Below, piece after piece: positions 1 to 11,400 of a DNA stretch of 64,000 nucleotides. The stretch comes from Paraspadella gotoi (Eukaryota > Animalia > Chaetognatha), in NCBI GenBank assembly GCA_051294375.1, contig CM119271.1, positions 676,721-740,720 on the forward strand, read 5' to 3'. The translations under genes were made by a program, and so were the position numbers. The number at the start of each line of letters is the position of its first letter. Positions within the stretch are counted from its first letter, which is position 1. A model generated the notes under the pieces. The model was given only the letters and a program-made list of their open reading frames with translations, had not been told where the DNA came from and ran no database searches.

Positions 1-722
1 GTGATGCCCATTGGGATGGGGCATCTCACTGTTGGCTTTGGGGGCTTCCGACCCTCAGTGACGCCTCCAGTCACTGGCGCGGTTACCCTAGGACGGTCTC
101 GCTTTGCCAACGCAGAGGGAAGTCGTTAGGACTGTGGATGGAACACTACGCCTGGGATGGTGTGTTCCCCCTCTGAGCCAATGGATTTGGCTGACGGATG
201 GTGGACGTGAGGCGGTGTGAATATACCGCCACAGGATCCCCGGGCCAAGACATCACTCAGGTTCCTCAAGCCTGAGAGGTGTCTGACAAGACTGTTACCA
301 TAGTGGGAGAGAGAGAGAGAGCGCGAGTTGTGGGGGCATAGGCGTTTTGTCGTAGCGTACCCCAGGGGCATAGGCGTTTTGTCGTAGCGTACCCGAAGTC
401 GGCAGGGCATAGGCGTTTGTCGTAGCGTACCCTGAGAAGGTTGCGTGTTCGATAGTAGGGCTCACCACTTATGGCAACAGCCGGGTTGCCTGTGATGCCC
501 ATTGGGATGGGGCATCTCACTGTTGGCTTTGGGGCTTCCGACCCTCAGTGACGCCTCCAGTCACTGGCGCGGTTACCCTAGGACGGTCTCGCTTTGCCAA
601 CGCAGAGGGAAGTCGTTAGGACTGGATGGAACACTACGCCTGGGATGGTGTGTTCCCCCTCTGAGCCAATGGATTTGGCTGACGGATGGTGGACGTGAGG
701 CGGTGTGAATATACACGCCACA
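1..722 (-). mobile_element. TRIM-like miniature LTR retroelement, family A (3' LTR cut by window start)
   Basis: Near-identical direct repeats at 470-722 and 1-233. On the - strand the LTR reads TGTGGC...GCCATA. It is followed after 2 nt by PBS TGGTGAGCCC with extended complementarity to tRNA-Trp (+ strand GAAGGTTGCGTGTTCGA...GGGCTCACCA, ~435-468). The ~236-bp non-coding interior has three ~30-bp tandem repeats and (GA)n. A solo LTR lies at 51417-51671. Confidence 0.8.
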
Positions 723-1833
723 ATATCTGAATTTTTTCTTAAGTGACCGAAAGGAGATGCCCCCCTTGGCGGTGTAACTAACCCCTAGACTTGGTGTTTT
801 CAGTGGGTTTGGATTTTTTTTTCTGTGGTTTGCTTGCTACCGAAGGTTTGACCTACTTATCACTTTTTTTCAAGAGCTTTTCCGTCCAGGACTATAACAA
901 GTGACCATTGCTGTTGGGTTCAGAGCTGGGTTCAGAGATCAGTTTCCTTGTTGACCGTTTTCTTTTCTCAACTTTTGTTCAATTGAACAGTTAGGTTGAA
1001 CGTTTTGAAACGGTTTAATTACAACTGTAGCTTAGTAGGAACATACTTTTTAGAACGCATTTTCATAATTTAATATTTAAAAATGTTATAAAAAATCGAT
1101 TTAGGATCCCAAGTCTTATATTTTTAGATTTTTTGTCCCGCTTTAAATGATTTCCGTACCAAATGTAGTATACATGGTGACAATTTTACAAGCGCCGGTA
1201 GAAATACGCTGTCATTTGCAAACCAGTGGTTATTTCATTGATTTTAAAAATTAGTTGAGTAGAACATATTAAAGTCATTTATGTGTTCAAATTTTATATT
1301 GATCAGTTAAGATATGCCTTGGCAATGAGTGGAGAAAGTTGGCTTGTAAAATCGGGTTTCATTTTCCAACTCACTGTTTTTAAATTCATTTTTTTTTTAA
1401 ACTTTTAGCTCTTTTTTAAACAAAGTACTTATTAAGATATTAACAATATTAATATCCTCAGAAAGCCCTTAAAAAAATGAAGAGAATGATATACTTACGA
1501 AAGCTCTAACATATAAATTAAGCTGCCCAGCTTTGGTTCAATTAAGAGAGTCAAAAGTTATCTAAAATTTCAAATCTTTTTTTAAAATATATGACCTAAT
1601 TAAATTATTATAACATAAAATATTATTATTTATATAAGTATAATGAAAGAGCCTGAAAAAAGGAGATTTAAGATAGCCAATCACAATTTTTATAAAAATC
1701 TTAAATTTACCCTCCAGCTATTGATTTTTGGAAAGATGTTTTGTTTTTGAGTATCTTAATTAAATTAAAGCTGGGCCGGTTAAATTTTATACTACAGTAT
1801 TTGCAAGTATGTCATTCTCTTTAGATTTGAAAG

Positions 1834-2235
1834 AGCCTGTCCAAAGTCAGGGGCAAGATAGCTTATTTATTAAATGAATGGAAAATTTTTATATTGGTGT
1901 TGTACCAATTTCATAAAATTCAGCTCCTTGTATTTTGATGCAAGTGCGAAGTACAATAAGTATTCTCCGATCTAATACTGGGAATGGTCTTTTCATACAA
2001 TTGAAACATTCTTTGAAATATTATACCACTTCATTGATAGGGAAGCCAGGTTACTCTGGGAGTGAATAAACGAGACTGAGAGAGTCTTGATTGAAAGCTT
2101 GCAGCGACCTGCTATGTCATTATCTTGTAAGAGTGATGAAGGCCTTAAACCACCAAAGCCCGTCCAAAGTCAGGGGCAGGATAGCTTATTAAATAAATGG
2201 ATAATTTTTATATTGGTTGTACCAATTTCATAAAC
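1834..2235 (+). mobile_element. Short retroposon-like repeat (family S), partial tandem dimer, ~320-bp period
   Basis: The 3' block GTCCAAAGTCAGGGGCAAGATAGCTTATT...TTGTACCAATTTCATAAA occurs at 1834-1917 and again at ~2157-2235. The same block recurs at least 7 more times in the window. Confidence 0.7.
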
Positions 2236-2489
2236 GTTTATGCTTATTTTTAACATTTGGGTAAAGAGATCATCTGAGGATGCTGTCGCGGAAATAAAAA
2301 GCTACAGCGGCGAAATTGCCGATTCTGTTTTTTCTATAAATATTATTTGCGGATGCTACTGTACTATGATTGATTGTCAATCAAAACGCGAAATCTGTTA
2401 CTAAATTTTATCTTCATATCTACTATGTAGGCGACGTTTTCTGCTTTACCTAAATAGCGATCAAAACCTACATTATACTTAATTTATAG

Positions 2490-5400
2490 ATTCAAAAGCC
2501 CAGCACGACGAATGCCGCTTCCGGCAAGAGCAAGGAGACCCGTTTTGAGATTGTCAACGTCAGTTCCTATTCGTACACCGAAGACCAGAGTGTGGACGAT
2601 CTTGAGGAGACTAGCAACAACACCGAGGACTTGACGTCGGAAAACCGTGGAGAAAATTCCGAGGCTAACGAATTAGAAGAGAACGAGCCTTCGCCGGACG
2701 GTCTCGCCCAAACCGTGGACGATTCCTCTAGTGGCATAGTTTCGGTAGCGCCACTGACGCCCCACGAACCAGGCTCGAGCTCGCATCAGCCCTTGACGTC
2801 GTCGACGCCTACGAGCAGTCAGGGGAACCAGAACTCCTCGGTTTCGCCTCCTTCCCTGATCAGCGGCAACGTCCTCGACGGTGAGTCCAAGCTTCACGTC
2901 GCGGCGTCAACCGGGACGACAGTCGCGACGCCTGTACTGGAACAGGTCGTCTCTCACGTCCCTGTCTCTGGAAATTCCGCGAGCGTCTATAACGAAGGAA
3001 CGGACGTCGGCGTTGAGATTGGAACCCACTTCGGCCACGTGGACAAGTCGGAAGTGCCGCCGTCGCCCGCGCCCTCAGCGATCGAGACCCCCGCTAAATC
3101 TGGGATTATAACGAGCGGCGTTCTCAGCAGCTCCGGGGACGCCATGGTGATGACCTCGTACACCACGTCCAACGGGTATTGGTCCACCTCGGGAGCCGAC
3201 TTTTTGCAGCACTCGGACTCCTCTTTGGAGTCGAGCGTCTCCAGATTTAGGGTCGTCAAGATTCACAGCGATAAAAAGATTAGGAGAGGAAGATGGCAAT
3301 GTCAGGTAAGAAGATTTATATTAAGCATAAGCCAGTCCGGAATGGACCTTATATTTCTGTAATTATTTATTAGGATTATTACGATACGTCTTCGGACAAA
3401 TCTGGCTCTCACAAGGACGCCGACGTTAAGACGAGCGTCGCGGAGGGCGGGTCCGGAAACTCGAGCGCCGCCTCCTCCGTTCACTACATCCACGGCGAAA
3501 ATCCTGCCTCGGAAAATCCTCTCGTCAAGATCATGGCCGAGAATCCGCCCGACGAATACATACCTACTATCCTGACTACCTTAGGTTTGTCAAGTTTTAT
3601 CTCTCTTAAAAGTTAATTTAAATATGTAATATCTGAAAGTCAAACATAAGTGATCCCTATATTTCAACTAGACCACACTAACATCTCTCTTTCCATTCTA
3701 CCTTGTATGATAAGGCGGGCCAAAATTGATCACTTTTTTAATTAGTGTTGGACATAAACTCTCGTTGTAATCCGTCGAACTTATTTTACTTTTGTAAAAG
3801 TGTTTAAAAATACAAACAATCGATATTTGAAACACAGTATAACATTGAAGCATTTAAATATTTATCAATGCATAGGCAATGAATTTTTTTTAACAAAAAT
3901 TTTTTTTACGCACGGATTCAGATAGCCAAAAAAAAGTTGTTTACACAAAGTACAATGCGTTTTTCAATAATTCGAGGATAAGTGGGTCAAATAAGGTAAA
4001 AACCCTTAAAAATCATCACCATCATACTATAATTTTTTTAGTTTTTGTTAATTTTAACCAATAAAACTATAAAAAAATTGGTAATCTTGTAATAATATTT
4101 TTTTATTTATTTTTTCATTCTGAATTTGAAAAAAAAATTTTGATTGATACGATAAACTTTAAATGCTTTTATGTTATTAAATTTTGATTAATACGATAAA
4201 CTTTAAATGCTTTTATGTTATTAACTATACATAAAATCATATTTTTTAAAAATTTCATTAACCCACAGGGATGCTCTTAGTTTTTACCTTGTTCCGCCTT
4301 ATTGTATAATGTTAGCTAAGGCTATCTATTAAGCTTAATATTTACATAAATAAATTTAACATTTTATTATTACAAAAAATAATCCAAGTTGTTAGAACAA
4401 GAAATTTAGCAATTTTCATCCGTACGTAGATGTTAGAAACACTGCCGTTTCAAGTCTCCGTCTTTCCCTAATTTTTCAGATTCGCAGAAATTTCTGGTCA
4501 TCCCGCAACCTTCCGATCCAAAGGGTGCGTTCGGTTTTCAAATGCCTGGAAACGTTTTCGCTGGAGATCATCCGCTTTTACAGGTTTTTCATTCCTTACA
4601 ATTCATAGAGAAATATTTGAAAACATTTTGAGAACTTCTTTTTTAAATTTTCCATTTTCATTATTCTTGATCATTCAGCATAGTCAACATCACTTCAGAG
4701 CTAGTCAATCAACCGTTGGCACGCCTCCTCCAGCGAACACATCGCCCCCTTCCGCGCATCAGACGACGCCTCCCAGTCCTTATAAGCTAGATACGCCCAG
4801 TCAGAAGTGCCCTCCAACCCACGATTCATTGGATTTTGCCATTAAAGGTATGCATTTTTCACTTTGGATTGTTTTAAATGTAATCAGCGAGAAGCGCTTT
4901 TCTATAGATCGGTTACATCATTTTTTAATAAATCCTTTAAATAGCTGATTACAATTTTAATTTCCCACATCGAATATCATCTATCATCCTAATTCTATCA
5001 TTTCTCTTGACGTGCGCAGATTCTCAGTCGGTTTCGACGACCTCCCTACGTGACCCCGGACATCAAGGCACGTCCCCGAACCTCAAACATCATCACCACC
5101 CCGAGATGGGGATAGCGCACGGCGCGCCCACCTCTATTCCGACGACTCGCTCCACACCACCGCATCACCCTAACTTTAACTCGAACTCGTCCTCGCAGCA
5201 CACCCTCAACGAGGGCGACGATCCTAGTCAAGCCGGATCCGTTTACGAGTCGGACAAAGGGGGCGTCTCCCGCGATACGTCATCGGCGTCTGCGTATCAC
5301 GGCAGCCCGGCCCGGATCTTGTCCGGACCCAAACTTGGTTCGGAGCCGCCCGGGAACATCCCCGTCCTCTCCGGAATCCATGTGCTTCCGCTGGTTCAGA

Positions 5401-8400
5401 CTCCGACTCCCAAGGAGGAAGTGAGGAACTCGACGTCTGCGACGACGACGACGATGCGCACTCCGAGCGCCTCGCCCGAGTCGGCGGCCACGAAAGGCGC
5501 TATTCCAGATCAGTCGGCCGTTGCTGCGTCGCCTTCGCCGTCGCCGCCCTCGGCGGGGGTGGTCCTGCAACCCGCGCCGTTAAATCAAAACCAGGTGGGA
5601 ATTCGATCTTCTAACAATTTGATTTTTTTTTTTCATTAAGGTTGTTAATTATTTGTAAATTTAGCTTAGTAGGTAGTTTCATGAACCGTAGGTATTGAAT
5701 ATCCATAGTCGGGGACAAGATCGCTTATTTATGTAATGAATGAATAATTTTAATATTGCTTGTACCAATTTGATATAATTTCTAATTTTTTTTCTTTCTT
5801 TTTCCCCCCAGAATCAATACGCAAAATCCCAGGGTCGGGGTTTCCCGCTGCCCGGAAACGCGGTGCCCGGGGTCACGCCTTTGCCTGCGAGCGGAGTGAC
5901 GGATTCCGCTACTTCCACGTCGCACGTTGTTTACGCGTCGGCGGCGCCGCCTCCTGTCGTCGCCTCGGTCTCGCCGCCCTCCGCGGCTTCTTCCCTGATG
6001 TCCTCGATGCCTCTGGCCTCCCCCACTTCTCCACCCACCTCCGCTCACGGTTCCGCTCAGCCTCATCTATCCGCCGCCGCTTCTTCCAAGCATCCAAACG
6101 TAGTGATCCAAGGTTCTCCTGCCGCCGCCGCCGCCACCACCACCGCCCCGCACCCCTTCGCTCAAAATATTGTTAATTCCGCCGCTCCGCTTCAAACCTC
6201 CGCCTTTCCGCCCGCGGCCGGTGTCGGCGCTCAAACCCCGGCCGGTGTCGTTATCGGCAACCACACGGACGGACTTTCCCAAAAGCCGAAGCAGCAGCCC
6301 CGGCCCGTGCCGCCGCCGGAGGGGAAGATCGCTTCGAACTCCGTGCCTATCGGCGGCCACGCGGTCGTGACGATGCCGAAGCCGCCTCCGCCAGAAATGG
6401 AGCCGGCGTCAGCGGCCGCGACGACAACGTCGGCGTCACAACCCAAAACGCCTTCAAAAATATCCGTTCAAAAAACAGAATCGTCGGCGACGCTTCGGCC
6501 TTTGGAAAACGGAGGCCACGATTCCGAGAGCGAATCCCCGTCACCGCCGAAACCGTCTACGCAGCCAACCATGACTCCCGACGTCAAAGACAAAGCGAGC
6601 GACATTCGCGTCTCGTCACCGCCCTCGATGACGTCTTCGTCCACGACTTTGCTCACGACGACGTCCCGGTTCAAGGTCACCGGCGTCCCTGAGGCCGATC
6701 TCGCCTTCGCACCTGCGACGGCGCAATCGTCCATTTCGCTTCCCCAAATCCCCGCGCAGGGAGCGACCTCGCCCAAGGACGACCACCAGCGCCCGTTCCT
6801 TTCCGACGCTTCGCGCAGGAGCTCAGCTAACGAGAAGGACGTCATCGACGGCGCCATTTCAGAGACTCGGCGCGACGCCGCTAGACCGGAGCTCGATCGC
6901 GACGACATCGACGCGGCGTCCACGATCGAGAGCGATTTGGGCGTCGACGTCGGAGCCGACATCTTGGACTTGAAGGAGGAGTTGAAGGGCGCCACTTCAC
7001 CCACTTCCGGGAAATCGTCAAGGAAGGAGGGAGACTTTGAGTCGGAAGGCAGCGGCGCCGAAGACAAGTGAGTTTGGGCGAAGGTGAAAAGGAAGGTGGC
7101 GAAGTAAGAGAAGTCTACTCCTGTTAGATTTAAAGAATTTTAAAAAAAATCCTTTGTAGATTTTAATTTAGTCAATTAACGCTCATTACGATTCCTTATA
7201 ATGCATATTTAAAGTTATTCTATTGTACCTAACAAAATTAAAAACAAAAATTCCAGACTTTAATACCTTGCATGTTGCCGCTTTCGCCCCGTGAATTCGA
7301 CCGCCCTTACGCAGGTTTTGGTCCGCGTCCGAAGAACCAGTTTCTTCCGCGCTTAAAGTAAACCTAGATTATCAGTCGACGTCGGCTGGCGAGAGGCAAA
7401 TGATTTCGGCTCTGGAATGTGTTGCTGCCACGGCCGTGGCACCATTAGGGTTTAAGTTGATTGACACCCCCGAGGGAGTCAAGTATTTGGTGCCTAAGAA
7501 ATCCGAGGAGTCTTTGGACATGGACGGAAAGTCTCGAGCGCGAATTATTCGCGAGGGAGAGAGTTCCTTGCTGTCGATGACGGCCCCGAGGAACGGTTCG
7601 CACGGCGACAATCGTAGGAAAGGATCGACGATGATAAAGACCACCATGACGACGACGCAATCCTTTAAACCGGAAGCGACGAACTTTGCGACATCCTCCG
7701 TCATGACGGAAGCCGACTTCGTCAACACACTCGTCATCGCCTACAAGAGTTCGGCCGCCAGAGGACTGGAGACCCTCGACTCTCCGCTAGCTTCTGCCAA
7801 ATCGACAACCAGAGGTAAAGATGTTTCAACAGTGTCCAAGTTTTCCGCCAAATCTGCGGCCACCGTCTCTTCGCTCTCGTCCCCAGCCACTTGCGTTTTA
7901 CCGCCGCAGGGCAGGACGCCACCGCGCGTCGTCGTCGGAAACGACAAAGAATCTCCGGCTGAATCGAAGACGCCGACTTCCCCCGCGCCGTCCAGATTCA
8001 AAGTGTGTCCAGTGTCGGATCCGTTAAGAATTGACGGGTCGGAATCGTTTTCATTACCGAAAGAGGGAATCGTCAAATCTATAGATAAAAGTTCTAAGGA
8101 CGGAGTCAACGATGCTGCCAAGTCTCCGCACTTAGACGTTTTTACTCAGCCGATCGCCGGAGACAACGGAAATCCGTCAACCGCTGAAGGTCCCAACGTT
8201 TCCTCGTCAACGCCGATGATCGTCTTGGAAACCTGTAAAGATGAGCCTCCGCGTTTCCCTCTAAAACGCTCGTCTCGATCAACGGAAGACGACGAAGATA
8301 TTCCGTCCTTCGGCACTAATCCCGCTTCAGCCCGGTCGGTCGCCGCAAAGACGCGACGGGGTTCGTCGCGATCTTCATCTAAACCAGCGAAGCGCGACCA

Positions 8401-11400
8401 GACCGTCGAGGATTCCGACGTCTCAACTCGTTCCAATTCTCCGCTGGGCAACATTCAGACAAGGCCTCGACGGCGGCGAGGCGAGTCTCCCCATTCGTAC
8501 TCCCAAATGCACCACATGGCCAAACAGCTCGCCGTGGCCGAGTGGGCTATGAGACACGCTGCGGCGCAGCAACACATTTCAGAGTTCGATAAAGAAATAG
8601 ATCCCCCTCGTCAGTTTATGAGGTACTTTTTTTTTATGAAATGTTGCCCGTAAGTAGCAATTAATGAAGTGGTTTTTTTCTACTTTCATTTTGACTAGTT
8701 GTCGCAAAGCATTAGCCGTTTGTCGTGGTTTTCCCCCGCGAGAACGTGATGTGTTTTTTTTTCCTTGTGAAATATCCTCTTTCCTTTGGTTTAACTCTTT
8801 GGCGGGGTTCATAAATCAATACTTTTCTAATCGAAAAATAAATCATTAGTCCATTTAGTTTTCAAAGTGTAAAAGAAAGACTATCTTTGGTTTGCGGTGA
8901 CCTCTGGCGAAGAACTTAAAAAGAAATTCTCGCATTTTGTTTTGAAAAATCGGGGTGACAATTCTAAACAAAAAGACTTCGATAGGCTTCTAACTCATAC
9001 AATTCCCTTATATTTAATGATATATTTATAATTTTTTAAATTTTAAATTTTTATTCATTTTTGTATCCTATTTTTTTACCAGCTAATCTATTAAAATGTT
9101 GGCTTATTTTTACATTCGCCAACCGGGATTTTGCGGTTGGTTTTTTTTTATTATTATTATTTCGGTTTTAATGTAAACCTTTATCAGCGTAAAAACCAAT
9201 TTATTTATGAAACAAATATTTTCACAGATTTTGAAGTTTGAAAAAAAAAGAGAGAGAGAGAAAGAGTCTGTGAAAAAATTTGTTTTACAAATCAATTCGT
9301 TTCGAAGCTGAAACATGTCCGAAATTTATGTTTTTTTATAAAACTCGTAATTAAACAAACAATTCATTTTTTACTTCAAACATAAAAATAATAATTAAAA
9401 TAAATTTATTATAAAATTTTAAAATTTGTATTACTGAACAAAACAAATGTATATTATTGTGCAAAGTGAGATTCGACGCTAGAGGGAAAACAAAATTAAA
9501 AGCAAAACAAAACAAAACAAAACAAAATTAACAAAGCACCGACCGGCAGTAGCTCAGGTTGCTTGCGGTCGTCAAATAGTAAAGTTACCCAAAGGTTAAA
9601 TTTTACTTTCGCCGACCTGGATTTTGGCGTATATTTTAAAATAATTATTTTGACGTATACTTAAAAATAATTATTTAAAAAAATAAATAAAAATGATTAG
9701 TGAAAGTGAAAGTTGTAGTTCAAAATTAGAATAGTTGATCATGAACAGTCTTGTACTAAAGAACATTGATGTATAAAAAATTGTTTTTTAATTTTTAAAT
9801 TTTCGCATTGGCTCATATTTATATATAATACTCGTTAAAGTCGTTATAGAAAATGTTAAAATTTAAATAATTTTTTTTTTAATTTTAAAAGCAGATTCGA
9901 ATTTTTCATAAAAAGTTGGTAATAAAAAAAATATGTTTTAATCAAAAATTCTTTCATTAAGTTAGCTAAAAAATGAAAAACTTATATTTTTATATTAAAT
10001 TTTAATTATAGGTTAATTATAATATTTTTTTAAGATTTTAATCTACGTAATGAAATAATTTTTAAAAAAAGTTATTACAGAAAGTTTGATTTGGAGTGTG
10101 ACAACGATTTGATTTTATTAGCAAAAACAGACATGTTTCGGCTTTGCTTGCAAGCCTTCATCGCTGATAAAGTCAAATAAAATCAAATCGTTGTCACACT
10201 CCAAATCAAACTTTCTGTAACTACTTAAAACAACGAAAAAAAAAGGATTTATATCACAAAAAGAGTTATATATATTTTTTTTTTCAATTTTTATTGAGGA
10301 ATTCGAATCTGCTTTTAAAAATAAGAAAAAAACATTTTGACATTTTTTATAATCAGTACTATGTTTAAAAATAGGTTATAAGAAAATTAATAAAAATTTA
10401 ATTTTTTATTTAAAAATGTTCACAGGTACAAGTCTGTTCATGATCGTATTTTGATTCTACTTGATTTTAATATTTTTGCTACGCTTTATTAACTACCCTT
10501 AACCCTAAATCACCTTTAAACCACCCTCACCCGGAATCCCTAAAACCGGTCGGCGAAAGTAAAATTAACCCAAGAATATAATTAAATCTAATTTACCAAA
10601 GCCTGTCCATTGTCCAGTGTCCCAAGTCTGAAGTAAGAGAAAGTAATAAAGTTATCGAAAGATAATGATGATGATTATTAATAGTTTTTCATATTTTTCA
10701 CCCACTTATGATCAAAATATCGAAAAAAGAATTATACTTTGTGCAGACAACTTTTTGCAAGCTACCTAAATCTGATCTTAAAAATAACAAATCTTTAAAA
10801 CATTTCTAGCCTTACCTATTTATAAATAAATATTAAAAAATTAATATATTGGGTATGGAGTAATATTAAATTTTTTTTATATTCGAATTTTTTAAAAAAT
10901 GTCTAAATTTTCGTTTGAGCAGGTACTTAATTCAAATTTCTTAGTCTACTACTAACCAAGACTCTTAACTTATTGTTAGTTTTGCCTTAAATTTTTTTTT
11001 ATGTAACAGATCGTAAACGTTCAAGTTTTTTTCTAACAAATTAACTCGGTCCCGGAAAGTTTTCTCCTGAAAATCGAAATTTTCACTCCACAATTTTTGC
11101 TTGGGATTGTGCTAGTGTTTTGAGTTTAATTCGGAAAAAGTTTTTTACGTATTTGAGATTATTAATTAAAATCATAAATTTTATTTTATAATAATAATAT
11201 ATTTAATATTTCTATATATAAATGAATAAATTATATACCTTTTTATCATTGAGTGAATTAATTATAAATTGTATAATATTATTAGTATAATTATTAATTA
11301 AAATTATTTACAATATGTCAAATTTTGTTGTTTTATTTTTGTTTATTCTTAATTTTTAATGCGTTTATTTTTATTATATATTGATATTTAGCTTTTATTT

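Noticed and set aside
330-432. Three ~30-bp repeats with short spacers, superficially CRISPR-like
   Set aside because: Spacers are only 2-13 nt, there are no cas genes, the context is eukaryotic, and the repeats are the interior of TRIM family A.
9300-9322. GAAACATGTCC as another hammerhead (also at 28190)
   Set aside because: Only the 3' half is present; there is no CUGANGA or stem II upstream.
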